A stretch of 64,000 nucleotides of DNA. Source: Patescibacteria group bacterium (GTDB lineage Bacteria > Patescibacteriota > Microgenomatia > PFEM01 > JAHIFH01). The notes beneath the pieces were generated by a model. The model was not told the origin of the DNA. It was given only the letters and a program-made list of their open reading frames with translations, and did not search any database. The stretch spans positions 93,848 through 157,847 of the forward strand of contig DATKWU010000009.1 in NCBI GenBank assembly GCA_035529375.1, read 5' to 3'. Made by a program: the position numbers and the translations under genes. The stretch's first letter is position 1. Each line of letters starts with the position of its first letter. Positions 19,983-29,901 of this stretch are shown here, piece by piece.

Positions 19983-21896
19983 ATGAAAAACCAACTAGTG
20001 ACCCTTGCAGCAATAAAAAGCTTTTATGAATCTGGTTGCGATTTCATTGACGTATTCTCTAACCTTGTATTACAAGAAATACCTACCAAGCCGATAATAA
20101 TAATAAATATACAACAAAAAGTTATTGATGAGTGGAATATTAATATTCCACTTGATGTAATAAGAACAATAGTTAAAAGACTAAAAAGAAAGTCACTTAT
20201 AGATTATAAAAATAGAGAGGAATCAATTTGGACGACGAGTGATGGTGAAACAGAGAAAATAAAGATCAAAAGCACAATAGACAGTACAAAAAGAGAAAGT
20301 CTCGCCCTAATTAAAAAATTAAAAATCTTCATTGAGAAAAAAAGTCGTAAAAAAATCAATTCCTCTAATGTTTCTCGAGCACTCGATGCATTTATTCATA
20401 AAAATTACTACAGTGTGGCATCAATATTAGCAAAAGAACAACAACCAACCTATCCACAACTCCAAATCGAAAAAATGATTATGGATTTTTTTATTAAGAC
20501 AGAGGAATCCGATCCTGAAAATTTTGAAAGACTAAAAGCCATAGTATATGGGAAAATTATTTCTTCTGTATTAGTAAGCCAAAGGAAAAATTTTGTGAAA
20601 GAGGCAAAATTTGAACCCCTTGATATTTATCTAGATACAAACATTTTATTTAGTGTTATGGGATTACATGAAGAATCTTTTAATAAACCCGCTAGAGAGT
20701 TGATAAAAATTCTAAAAAAATTAGGTTTTAATCTATTCATTTTTGGTTTTACACGAGATGAGGTTGTAGCCAAACTAAAAGATTTTATACGTGAGTATGA
20801 TAATTATTCTGAACAAATACCAGTAGACTCAATATACTACCAACTAAAACGATTAGGTTTCTCAAAACAAGACATTATTTTGAAGATTCAAAAAATTGAG
20901 GAAGAACTTAAAGCTCTTGGTATAGAAATAGATTACCAATGGGACATTGATAAATTGCTTGACGAGAGAGAAGAAAAATTACAAAAACTAGAAGAGAAAA
21001 AGTTAAAATCAGGTTACTCTATAAAACATGATATAGCAGCTATTGAGGCAATCAGACAAATACGGGGAAAGCGGGTATATTTGATTGAAAAATCTAAGGC
21101 AATATTTTTAACAGCGGATAGTAGGCTTTCTATTTTTAGCTTTAAAAACTATGATCATAAGTTAAATAGTTCTCTACCGGAGGTAATTTTTAGAACTGAA
21201 TTGACTAGCATCTTGTGGTTAAAAAATCCCGGCATAAATCCTAGTATGCCCATTCATGATCTTATAGCAGGCTATGCTAAGAATTTTCTTTTAAAAGTCT
21301 CTCTTTGGGAAAAGTTTATTGCCGAAATTAAAAGACAAAAAAAACAAGGAAAAATAAATGATGAAGACATTTCAATATTAATCTCTAGCAACGAAACAGA
21401 AAAAATTCTTTTTGATATTCAGTCTGGCGCTCAAAAAGAAAACTACATTCCATTATTAATTGATGAACAAATAAGAAAAAGAAAAAAAGAAAAAAAACTC
21501 AAAGAAAAAGAAATAGAACACCTGAAAAAGAAAGAACAAGGGATAAGACAAGAATTAAATAGCTTGAGGAAACAAATAGAAAAATATGAAAATATCAAGA
21601 AGTCAATTAGGAGTCATTGTGAAAAAAAATGGAATTTTATTCTAAATTTCCTAATTTGCTTGATTGCAATAGTAATTTCTAGATTATTGATCTTGTTTAT
21701 TTTAAAAGTTGGCTTGGGTTTATTTGAGAGCTTAACGTCTCTAACAGTATTTTTAGTCATTTTGTGGTCTACTATTTCTCTCATATCGGAAAAAGATTTC
21801 AAATTTTTAAGCTTTATGGTCTCTTTTAAAAAAAAATTAAAACAAAAACTGATTAAAAATTCTATCGATAAAAATTATAAAAAGTTTGGCTTGTAA
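19983..21896 (+). CDS. PIN-like domain protein with coiled coil and two C-terminal TMs
   Basis: IYLDTNILF, HDIAAIEAI and FLTADSRL acidic motifs typical of the PIN fold; very AT-rich. Confidence 0.7.
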   Translation: MKNQLVTLAAIKSFYESGCDFIDVFSNLVLQEIPTKPIIIINIQQKVIDEWNINIPLDVIRTIVKRLKRKSLIDYKNREESIWTTSDGETEKIKIKSTIDSTKRESLALIKKLKIFIEKKSRKKINSSNVSRALDAFIHKNYYSVASILAKEQQPTYPQLQIEKMIMDFFIKTEESDPENFERLKAIVYGKIISSVLVSQRKNFVKEAKFEPLDIYLDTNILFSVMGLHEESFNKPARELIKILKKLGFNLFIFGFTRDEVVAKLKDFIREYDNYSEQIPVDSIYYQLKRLGFSKQDIILKIQKIEEELKALGIEIDYQWDIDKLLDEREEKLQKLEEKKLKSGYSIKHDIAAIEAIRQIRGKRVYLIEKSKAIFLTADSRLSIFSFKNYDHKLNSSLPEVIFRTELTSILWLKNPGINPSMPIHDLIAGYAKNFLLKVSLWEKFIAEIKRQKKQGKINDEDISILISSNETEKILFDIQSGAQKENYIPLLIDEQIRKRKKEKKLKEKEIEHLKKKEQGIRQELNSLRKQIEKYENIKKSIRSHCEKKWNFILNFLICLIAIVISRLLILFILKVGLGLFESLTSLTVFLVILWSTISLISEKDFKFLSFMVSFKKKLKQKLIKNSIDKNYKKFGL

Positions 21897-21912
21897 TTTA
21901 AAAATACAGAAG

Positions 21913-21936
21913 CGGTTCTAGACCGACCTGCTCAGC
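21913..21936 (+). repeat. Family A site A2 (left part degenerate)
   Basis: CGGTTCTAGACCGACCTGCTCAGC. Confidence 0.85.
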
Positions 21937-22032
21937 TAGGAAAAGCTCGATTTAACAAACTTTTCCGATTTGTAGTAGAACTTTTGACATGAGAACTAGG
22001 TCCCAAATTTTTAGTTTTTTAGAAAGGCATTG

Positions 22033-22061
22033 TTGACAAATTAAAAAGATAATGTTATAAA
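22033..22061 (+). promoter_or_regulatory. Sigma70-type promoter of the cassette gene at 22106
   Basis: TTGACA-17 bp-TATAAA with a TGn extension. Confidence 0.7.
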
Positions 22062-22105
22062 AGTTTTACTGCTCCAAAGGCAGTTATTTTTTTAAGAGAA
22101 ATATC

Positions 22106-22537
22106 ATGTCTGAAACACTGAAACCACCCTCTCAAGAATTCAGTCTACCTAGTACAGAAGAGGTAATAGACTTAATCCATAAACTACGGGATCTAATACT
22201 AACTGACTGTAGCGTTCATTATAAACATATACGTGGTTATGGTGACGGTCAGGCTCTAGACGTTGATTTTCCTGACGGTAGCCAAAGAGAATTAGTCTGG
22301 ATAGACCGTGGAGACGAGGAGGGAATATTAGCGTGGAACGATAGGAAAAAACCTTCTGTTTTTAGTGAAAGAGATAATTATAATTTGATTCATGTTGATC
22401 CTGATAAACCTGCCGTTCAAATTGCGGGAATTAGGCCTAATAAAAGTAATCCAATTGGTTTTGCTTGGGTTAAATTTGTAGACTGGGGTGATTTTTGCAA
22501 TCTTCTTTCCCTAGCACAAAAAATTGAAGAGGCTTAA
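22106..22537 (+). CDS. Hypothetical protein
   Basis: 143-aa ORF with its own promoter, between A2 and B1. Confidence 0.7.
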   Translation: MSETLKPPSQEFSLPSTEEVIDLIHKLRDLILTDCSVHYKHIRGYGDGQALDVDFPDGSQRELVWIDRGDEEGILAWNDRKKPSVFSERDNYNLIHVDPDKPAVQIAGIRPNKSNPIGFAWVKFVDWGDFCNLLSLAQKIEEA

Positions 22538-22666
22538 CTTTTTCTTTCATTAAATATTATTATTGTTCAAAAAGTTTTTATAATTTCAGTTAAATTAACC
22601 TCAGAATAAGAAAACAAGCCTCAGAAGGTCCTTAGGAAGTACAAAAGTGTAAAAACTTCATCGATT

Positions 22667-22730
22667 TTTGATAAACTATTCTTGGAAAGATAAATTTATA
22701 AGTTCGGAAATCATCAACAAGTGCCAGCCA
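22667..22730 (+). repeat. Family B site B1
   Basis: TTTGATAAACTATTCTTGGAAAGATAAATTTATAAGTTCGGAAATCATCAACAAGTGCCAGCCA; the first 52 bp are identical to 38893-38944. Confidence 0.9.
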
Positions 22731-22745
22731 AGAACCAGAATATTT

Positions 22746-23207
22746 ATGAAACACACAAAGAAAGATCGACCAAATTTTCTATTTGAAACTAAACATTGGA
22801 AAGTCTATTTAAATCCAGATCAGTATTATTTAGGCAGGTCTGTCGTGGTAGCAAAAAGAGATGTAGGCAGCCTTTCTGACTTAACCAAAGATGAATGGTT
22901 AGATTTTACGGAACTTATTAAAAAAATTGAAGCTACCTATAAAAAATCATTTGGCGCAACAATGTTTAACTGGACTTGTCTCATGAACAATGCATATAAG
23001 AACGATCCTCCCAACCCCCATGTTCACTGGCATCTTCTCCCCAGATATAAAAAAGCCGTAACGTTTAAAGGAATTGATTTTGGAGACAATGAATTCGGCA
23101 GTCATTATGCTCGAAAAATTGACCGGGCTGTACCAGATGAGGTTTTCAGTGAAATTGTCAAAGTAATAAAAAAATTCTCAAGACAATATAGGACCAAAAA
23201 GGCCTAG
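22746..23207 (+). CDS. HIT family hydrolase
   Basis: PHVHWHLLPRY triad. The track's start lies inside repeat B1, so ATG 22746 is preferred. The stop TAG lies inside the A3 spacer. Confidence 0.88.
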   Translation: MKHTKKDRPNFLFETKHWKVYLNPDQYYLGRSVVVAKRDVGSLSDLTKDEWLDFTELIKKIEATYKKSFGATMFNWTCLMNNAYKNDPPNPHVHWHLLPRYKKAVTFKGIDFGDNEFGSHYARKIDRAVPDEVFSEIVKVIKKFSRQYRTKKA

Positions 23208-23224
23208 ACCGACCTACTCAGCCA
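23185..23224 (+). repeat. Family A site A3
   Basis: AATATAGGACCAAAAAGGCCTAGACCGACCTACTCAGCCA. Confidence 0.85.
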
Positions 23225-23257
23225 ACCCCAACCACCCGTCACTTCAATAATCTTCTC

Positions 23258-23920
23258 TTAATCACAATTCTTTGACTTTTTAAAACCAGCCTTCAAAGCT
23301 TCTTTTTCAGTGCAAAACCATTGTTCCCCTAAACTTTTTTCAACAATTGTCTGTTCATATTGACGACAACCCGGGAAATGATAAATTTTATCACCTGAGT
23401 TTTTGTCAATGTTTCCTTTGATTTGGCAATCTGGGTCTTCAGGATTTTCCTTTTGGTAGCATCGGGGGCTAAAAACACCCTTCTCCTCTTCCTGGGCCAA
23501 ATGAGCGGTTGTTTTTAAAACTTCTCTTTGGGAATTTTTATCACTGGTGTAATAACCCCAGCCTTCCTTTAAAACCTCTTCATTTATAAATTGATTGCCT
23601 ACATAAACCAAGGCGATGATTCGACCCCAATTATCAACAACAGGTTCTCGAAGAATAACTCTTTTTTCCATTACTAAAGACTCAAGTTTTTCCTTAGCTT
23701 CCTGCCCACCACAAAAATCGACCTCTGGGGCGTTAAGGCCAGCCAATCTTACTCGCTGGCTCGTTTCCAAAACAAAAGTGTCTCCGTCAAGAACATTAAC
23801 CACCAATGATCCCGATTCTGATCCGGCTGTTTTTTGCCACAAGTAATAATTCAATAATAAGGAAGGAATTAAGATCAAAAAACCAAGCCAAACTCGCCAA
23901 TTCTTCACCATCTTTCTCAT
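23258..23920 (-). CDS. Thermonuclease (SNase) family with C-terminal Cys-rich domain
   Basis: VLDGDTF, VRLAGLNAPE, DNWGRIIALVY; C-terminal CQIKGNI..YHFPGC..WFCTE.EA..AGF. Confidence 0.9.
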   Translation of the reverse strand: MRKMVKNWRVWLGFLILIPSLLLNYYLWQKTAGSESGSLVVNVLDGDTFVLETSQRVRLAGLNAPEVDFCGGQEAKEKLESLVMEKRVILREPVVDNWGRIIALVYVGNQFINEEVLKEGWGYYTSDKNSQREVLKTTAHLAQEEEKGVFSPRCYQKENPEDPDCQIKGNIDKNSGDKIYHFPGCRQYEQTIVEKSLGEQWFCTEKEALKAGFKKSKNCD

Positions 23921-23977
23921 AGATATCTATCTTACGTTAAAACAAAATTACTCACAATCTAGAAGACATGTTTTTAC

Positions 23978-24066
23978 TGTCTCATTTGTCTCATCTAGCT
24001 TTGAGATGGTAAACTAGGAAAGACTAAGTTATAAGGACTGAAAGATCCCAGACCAGCATTCACAAC
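23978..24066 (+). repeat. Family A site A4 with arm pair
   Basis: Arm TGTCTCATTTGTCTCATCT (23978-23996); core GTTATAAGGACTGAAAGATCCCAGACCAGCATTCACAAC (24028-24066). Confidence 0.8.
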
Positions 24067-24088
24067 AAATTTAGAATTTTTCTAGAAT

Positions 24089-24718
24089 ATGACCATGAAC
24101 TACTCTAATTGGGAAAAATATTATCAGAAAACTCCTTTAGAAAAGATTCCTTGGCAAAAAACTCAAGCTAGTTTTTTCACTGAAGTAATAGAATCAGGCA
24201 AAATTAATCCCTGTTCAACCTTGGATTTAGGCTGTGGCACCGGAGCAAAATCAATTTACCTTGCCAAAAAAGGCTTTAAGGTCACCGGAGTTGATATTTC
24301 TAAAACAGCTATCGAGCATGCAAAAGCAAATGCCGAAAAGGCAAAAGTCAAAGTCGAATTTATAGTCGCCGACGTGACTGATTTGAGTTTTCTTGATGAT
24401 AAAAAATTTGACTTTGTTTTGGATTGGGCTAATCTTCACGGTATTCCTAAAAACAAACGAAAGAAGTATGTTGATGGAATTATTAGACACACCAAAAAAG
24501 GAAGTAAATTACTTTTAAGATGTTTTAGCAAGCGCGGGATTGAAAAAGAATTTACTCACCGTCCCATGGGGACAATCTATCTGTTTTCTAAGAAAGATAT
24601 TGAAGAGCTTTTCGAAAAGCATTTTAGAATTTTAGAAACTCATAAAAGCAAACCATTTGTGAGAAAAGAAAAAGAACCTCCGGCAAAGTGGCTTGATGAA
24701 TATTTAATGGAGAAATAG
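24089..24718 (+). CDS. Class I SAM-dependent methyltransferase (TPMT/TehB-like)
   Basis: LDLGCGTG, GVDIS, FDFVLD. Confidence 0.9.
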   Translation: MTMNYSNWEKYYQKTPLEKIPWQKTQASFFTEVIESGKINPCSTLDLGCGTGAKSIYLAKKGFKVTGVDISKTAIEHAKANAEKAKVKVEFIVADVTDLSFLDDKKFDFVLDWANLHGIPKNKRKKYVDGIIRHTKKGSKLLLRCFSKRGIEKEFTHRPMGTIYLFSKKDIEELFEKHFRILETHKSKPFVRKEKEPPAKWLDEYLMEK

Positions 24719-24752
24719 AAAATTTTTAAACTTCTTTTGGTATAATTCAATT

Positions 24753-25220
24753 ATGATAACTATTCGGAAAGCAACAATTAACGATTTACCAGCTATAAAA
24801 GAATTGAATAAACAAATCTTCATAAATAATCCTAAATATGACAATGATGCTGTTGAAGACTTTGCTCATACTCCACAGGGAGAAAAGTATTTTAAAGAAG
24901 CAATCAGAAGTAAAAAAGGGTGTTTTTTAATCGCTGAAGAAAATGAACAGATGATCGGATATGCAAACGGTGAAGAAAAAGAAGCTTCATATCGCAAAAG
25001 CAAGTATTTTGAAATTGATAACTTAGGAGTGATACTTGAAAAAAAGAAACAAGGAATAGGTAAAAAGATATTAAATGCCATAACAAACTGGGCAAAGAAA
25101 AAAGGTTTTCAAAAAATATACCTCAATTGTTATGTGAAGAACGAAAAGGCTTTGAATTTTTATCGTAGTAATGGGTATTCAGAAATAGACATTTGTCTAG
25201 AAAAGAAAATTAGTGAGTGA
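24753..25220 (+). CDS. GNAT family N-acetyltransferase
   Basis: IRKATINDL, KKQGIGKKIL, NEKALNFY..NGY. Confidence 0.9.
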   Translation: MITIRKATINDLPAIKELNKQIFINNPKYDNDAVEDFAHTPQGEKYFKEAIRSKKGCFLIAEENEQMIGYANGEEKEASYRKSKYFEIDNLGVILEKKKQGIGKKILNAITNWAKKKGFQKIYLNCYVKNEKALNFYRSNGYSEIDICLEKKISE

Positions 25221-25277
25221 ACCCTAACCTCCTCCACGAGGTAAGGAAGGAATTTATTTATTCTGTAATATTTCCTA

Positions 25278-25562
25278 TTATTTACCTGTTATACAACTCT
25301 CGTCAATTTCAGAAGTGCGGCAAATCAACAACTCACCATCTTCTTCAATAATGTTTCCAATAAGATCACTGCCGCATTTGCACATTTCAATATCTCTTCC
25401 TCCATGTCCATCATCACAAAATTCCTTTCTAACCTTGCCTGGTTTAAAGACGGTATCACAACCAATACAAACCCGTCGGTATCCTTGATCGAAAGCCTCT
25501 CTTAAAGTTAAACCATTTCCATCTGCTGAATTGTCTTCAAACTTGGAATCTTTTTCGCTCAT
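25278..25562 (-). CDS. Small hypothetical protein, possible zinc ribbon
   Basis: CIGC...CKCG. ATG 25562 lies downstream of a TATAAT and a leader hairpin. Confidence 0.6.
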   Translation of the reverse strand: MSEKDSKFEDNSADGNGLTLREAFDQGYRRVCIGCDTVFKPGKVRKEFCDDGHGGRDIEMCKCGSDLIGNIIEEDGELLICRTSEIDESCITGK

Positions 25563-25650
25563 TTTTAGGTAATTAAAAACTGCCCCTTCGGACAGTGAAT
25601 GTATTATAACACCTTTCTTCAAATAAATAAATAAAATAGCTCAAGTGATT

Positions 25651-25726
25651 TTTGATAAACTAACTCGGGAATAAGATATAATATCAACTAATTTTGAGGT
25701 TCGGAAATCATCCACGAGTCCCAGCA
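25651..25726 (+). repeat. Family B site B2
   Basis: TTTGATAAACTA...GGTTCGGAAATCATCCACGAGTCCCAGCA. Confidence 0.85.
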
Positions 25727-25961
25727 AGATTGGACACAAAGCGACCGTAAACTCTCAAATAGGTCGATAACACTTGCTAAACCTCTACTTTGTTTTTAGG
25801 AGTTTCGGACCGTATCCTTGTTATTTAGGAGATTTTGTTTTTGTTATAATTTCCTTTCTAACCATAAACCGAGGCTCAACAGATTGTATTGGTCTTTTTT
25901 GATACAATGTCAGTGTCCTCATGCTCCTTTTGAAATAACGTAAGTTTAAAAGAGTTTAATA

Positions 25962-26987
25962 ATGTTAAAAATTAAAGACGAGGGAATAATTTTAGAGAAA
26001 ACAAATCTGGAATTTGAAAATAAGGCCGTTTTGAACCCGGCCTGCATCCAAGTGGATGACATTACCCATATGTTCTATCGGGCAGTTAACCATAATGATA
26101 TTTCTTCCATAGGTTACTGCCAGCTGAAAGATAATAAAGTTGTAAAAAGACTTAAGGAGCCAGTTCTTTTCCCAGAATATGATTACGAGAAAAAGGGCGT
26201 AGAAGATCCAAAGATTACTTTTTTAGAGGGAACATACTATCTTTTCTACACTGCCTATAATGGTAAAAATGCTCTCATTGCCTACGCCACAAGCAAGGAT
26301 CTTGTTCATTTCACCAAACAAGGCCTTATCTCGCCGAAAATCTCCTACGATGAAGCGGAGGACATTTTTCGCGAGTCAAAAGTCAGAGAGAGATACACTA
26401 TGTTTGAGATGTTCTACAAAGAAAGAGGAGGGAAGGACATTTTGCTATGGGAAAAAGACGCCTCTCTTTTTTCCCAAAAATTCAACCATAAATTTGCTCT
26501 TCTCCACCGCATTCTGCCGGGAATCCAAATAATTTACTTTAACAATTTCTCCGAACTTACTGCTGTTCGCTGGCACCATCATCTTAAGAACTTAGGTGAT
26601 TTTATCGTGCTTGATCCTCTTTTTTGGTTTGAAAACCGCAATGTAGGCGGCGGTTGTCCCCCAATTGAAACAGAAGACGGATGGCTTATTATCTATCATG
26701 CGGTGGAGGATACCCCTTTTGGGAAAATCTATCATGCTGCTGCTGCCCTTCTTGATCTCAAAAACCCTCTAAAAGTTTTGGGGCGATTAATAGAACCCTT
26801 GTTTTCCCCAAAGGCTCCCTGGGAAAAAAGTGGCGTTACGAATAATGTCGTCTTTCCTACCGGAGCAATAGTAAGAGATAAAAGGCTTTATATTTATTAT
26901 GGGGCTGCCGATAAGTTAATCGCCGCGAAATCTATTAACCTCACAGAGTTATTGACTAAACTCAAGAAAAGTCCCCTAAAGCTATGA
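25962..26987 (+). CDS. GH130-like glycosidase/phosphorylase (five-bladed beta-propeller)
   Basis: VLNPA, GVEDPKI, EKDA.LF, PPIETEDGWLIIYH, NVVFPTG..YYGAAD. Confidence 0.88.
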   Translation: MLKIKDEGIILEKTNLEFENKAVLNPACIQVDDITHMFYRAVNHNDISSIGYCQLKDNKVVKRLKEPVLFPEYDYEKKGVEDPKITFLEGTYYLFYTAYNGKNALIAYATSKDLVHFTKQGLISPKISYDEAEDIFRESKVRERYTMFEMFYKERGGKDILLWEKDASLFSQKFNHKFALLHRILPGIQIIYFNNFSELTAVRWHHHLKNLGDFIVLDPLFWFENRNVGGGCPPIETEDGWLIIYHAVEDTPFGKIYHAAAALLDLKNPLKVLGRLIEPLFSPKAPWEKSGVTNNVVFPTGAIVRDKRLYIYYGAADKLIAAKSINLTELLTKLKKSPLKL

Positions 26988-29200
26988 GCACTAACCAGCA
27001 AAGTAAATCTTGGATAGTCTGTCTTTCCACCTTCCCGCCACGACAATGCGGTATAGCCACCTTTACTGCTGACCTTACTAATGCTATTGACCAAATATTT
27101 GGATCGTCGGTTAAGTCAAAGATTGTCGCGATGAATCTTACTGAAATAAGTCATTTACCCTATTCTGACAAAGTAATTTTCCAGATAAGCCAGCCTCGTG
27201 AAGAGGACTATGTTAACGCTGCCTACAAACTCAACCATCTCGAAAAGGTAAGACTTGTCAACATTCAACATGAATTCGGTATTTTCGGAGGGAAATATGG
27301 TTCACACCTGCTTCTACTTCTGAAAAAACTTCAGAAACCGGTTGTTACCACATTTCACACCGTTCTTCCCGCTCCAGACGAAAAAATGCGCAACGTTGTT
27401 CAAACTATAATGAAATATTCTAAAGGGATAATCGTTATGACTAATTATTCAAAGGAACTTCTCAAGAAGGATTACGGATTAGATCCTGACCGCATCCAAG
27501 TCATTCCTCACGGAATTCATCGCGTTTCCTATAGAACCAGTGAACATGCCAAGTCTGTTTTCGGCTTTTCTGGCAAACTAATCCTTTCAACCTTTGGGTT
27601 ACTTAATCCCAGCAAGGGAATCGAGTATGTAATCGAGGCCCTACCACCGGTAGTAGAAAAGTTCCCTAATGTTCGATTCCTTGTCGCCGGGGTCACTCAT
27701 CCTAATATTCTGGAACAGGAAGGAGAAAACTACCGTAATTTTCTTATTAAAAAAGTTTATGAACTTGGCCTAAACGACTACGTTCTATTTTATAATACCT
27801 ATTTTAATATAAATAAACTCCTTAGATTTTTAGAGTCTACCGATGTCTATCTTTCCCCCTCCTTAAACCCAAAACAAACTGTCTCCGGCACTTTGTCTTA
27901 TGCCCTTGGCAGCGGTCGTCCGATCATATCCACAGCCTTTGCCCAAGCCAAACAAGACATCACGAGTGAGGTCGGCATATTGATTGACTTCAAAAACCCG
28001 CAGGCTTTTACCAATGCCATCATTAAATTAATAAGTAATAATGAATTATGTTTACAGATGGGTAAAAACGCTTATTTCCGCACCAGGCATATGACCTGGG
28101 AAAATGTTGCCCATTCCTACATGAAATATTTCTCGCAATTTGTGCCGGAGCTAACCCTGGGACAAAGAAAAATTCCATCCATAAAACTTGAACATTTGGC
28201 TAAATTGACTGATAATTTTGGCATTATTCAGTTTGCCAAGCTGACCGAACCAGATCTTTCTTCCGGATATACCTTAGATGATAATGCCCGAGCCTTAATC
28301 GCGGCCGCTCTTCATTATAAAAAATTTAGGACTCACTCTGCGCTAAAACTTGCCTCCATATATCTCAACTTTCTTTATCGGGTAGCTAAACCTGATGGTT
28401 ATTTTGATAATTATGTCAATTCAAACCGCGCTATTGATAAGCAAAGAAATGTCCAGGAAAATTCAGAAGATCCCAGTGCCAGGGCCCTATATGCTCTTGC
28501 CTTAGTTTCAACTACCAAACAAATCCCCAAACGCTTTAGAAAACAAGCCCATTCTCTTTTTGAACAAAGTTTCCAGAAAAACATTGCTTTCTCCTCGCCT
28601 CGCGCTATCGCTTTTTACATTAAGGCTCTCAATTGTTTGCTCTCAAAATGGAAAGAACCCAAGACTCTCGCTGTATTAAGGTCTTACTGTGAACAACTCA
28701 TGACTCTATATGAAAAAAGTCACCGGCCGGACTGGGAGTGGTTTGAGCATTATTTAACATATTCAAATGCCATCCTGCCAGAAGCACTCATCCTCGGTTA
28801 CAAAATAACCGGAGAGAGAAGATATCTCGAAGTGTCTGAAAAAACCCTTAACTTCTTAATTAAACATACCTTTAAGGACAGTATCTACATTCCTGTCGGC
28901 CAAAGTGGCTGGTTTCCCAAGGAAGGGATAAGACAGTATTTTGACCAACAGCCCGAAGATGTTGCTGCCACCGTAGAAGTTCTTAACATAATGTTTCAGG
29001 TAACAAACAGGAAGCATTACAAGGAATTAGCGAACATCGCATTTAACTGGTTTCTAGGGGATAATGTTCTTGGGCAGGTTGTATATGATCGGACCACTGG
29101 AGGATGCCATGATGGGATTGGGGAAAAATTTATTAATCTTAACCAGGGTGCCGAATCTACAATCTCTTACCTCTTAGCTCGCCTTTCTTTCGGGGGCTAA
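26984..29200 (+). CDS. GT4 glycosyltransferase fused to a C-terminal alpha/alpha-barrel domain
   Basis: PPRQCGIATF, IQHEFGIFGG, SGTLSYALG, GYTLDDNARAL, NLNQGAESTIS. Confidence 0.9.
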   Translation: MSTNQQSKSWIVCLSTFPPRQCGIATFTADLTNAIDQIFGSSVKSKIVAMNLTEISHLPYSDKVIFQISQPREEDYVNAAYKLNHLEKVRLVNIQHEFGIFGGKYGSHLLLLLKKLQKPVVTTFHTVLPAPDEKMRNVVQTIMKYSKGIIVMTNYSKELLKKDYGLDPDRIQVIPHGIHRVSYRTSEHAKSVFGFSGKLILSTFGLLNPSKGIEYVIEALPPVVEKFPNVRFLVAGVTHPNILEQEGENYRNFLIKKVYELGLNDYVLFYNTYFNINKLLRFLESTDVYLSPSLNPKQTVSGTLSYALGSGRPIISTAFAQAKQDITSEVGILIDFKNPQAFTNAIIKLISNNELCLQMGKNAYFRTRHMTWENVAHSYMKYFSQFVPELTLGQRKIPSIKLEHLAKLTDNFGIIQFAKLTEPDLSSGYTLDDNARALIAAALHYKKFRTHSALKLASIYLNFLYRVAKPDGYFDNYVNSNRAIDKQRNVQENSEDPSARALYALALVSTTKQIPKRFRKQAHSLFEQSFQKNIAFSSPRAIAFYIKALNCLLSKWKEPKTLAVLRSYCEQLMTLYEKSHRPDWEWFEHYLTYSNAILPEALILGYKITGERRYLEVSEKTLNFLIKHTFKDSIYIPVGQSGWFPKEGIRQYFDQQPEDVAATVEVLNIMFQVTNRKHYKELANIAFNWFLGDNVLGQVVYDRTTGGCHDGIGEKFINLNQGAESTISYLLARLSFGG

Positions 29201-29240
29201 AACCAGCACTTGGGTGTCGAACGAAGCCCTTTTTTTATAC

Positions 29241-29316
29241 TGTCTCATTTGTCTCATTTTTTCTAAAATTAGGTTGAGTTATAAGGATAGAAAATTGCTA
29301 GACCGAGCTGCCCAAA
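29241..29316 (+). repeat. Family A site A5 with arm pair
   Basis: Arm TGTCTCATTTGTCTCATTT (29241-29259); core GTTATAAGGATAGAAAATTGCTAGACCGAGCTGCCCAAA. Confidence 0.85.
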
Positions 29317-29370
29317 CACATTAAACAAATCTCAAAATTTTATACCATGTGTTTTTGATATACTCTACAT

Positions 29371-29730
29371 ATGGAAGGTTGTATTTTTTGTAAAATTGTG
29401 AATAAACAGGCTCCCGCAAAAATAGTTTTTGAGGATGAGTTTGTTTTAGCGCTTGTTCCCAAAGGTGAAGTATCAAAGGGTCATACTCTTCTAATTCCCA
29501 AATTACATTTTGAAAATATTTTTGATGTTGATGAAAAATTATTTGCTCATTTTGCCAAGATAATGAAAAATTTATCAAAGAAACTGGTAAGAGAAAATAA
29601 CGCGACTGGAATAAATATCCTTAATGCTAATGGAAGAGACGCACAACAATCAGTCCTTCATTTACACTTCCATTTAGTTCCTCGTTATCCCAATGATGGA
29701 CTAGATATGTGGATTAAGCAGAAACTATAA
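29371..29730 (+). CDS. HIT family protein (Hint-like)
   Basis: CIFCKI, GHTLLIPK.H, QSVLHLHFHLVPR. Confidence 0.93.
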   Translation: MEGCIFCKIVNKQAPAKIVFEDEFVLALVPKGEVSKGHTLLIPKLHFENIFDVDEKLFAHFAKIMKNLSKKLVRENNATGINILNANGRDAQQSVLHLHFHLVPRYPNDGLDMWIKQKL

Positions 29731-29777
29731 TATTATCAAAAGCAAGAATAATTATTTGATCAGAAGCTAATATAGTA

Positions 29778-29807
29778 AGTCCAAATTCAGTTCACGGTTC
29801 GCTGCCA
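29778..29807 (+). repeat. Family C site C1
   Basis: AGTCCAAATTCAGTTCACGGTTCGCTGCCA; shares CACGGTTCGC with C2. Confidence 0.5.
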
Positions 29808-29822
29808 AGCACTTTTTTACAT

Positions 29823-29888
29823 TATCTCATTCGTCTCATTTACCCTTGAGTTATAATGACATGAAGGTTCTAGACCAACCGGCTCAGC
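29823..29888 (+). repeat. Family A site A6 with arm pair
   Basis: Arm TATCTCATTCGTCTCATTT; core GTTATAATGACATGAAGGTTCTAGACCAACCGGCTCAGC. Confidence 0.88.
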
Positions 29889-29901
29889 GAGTCACCCGCT
29901 T

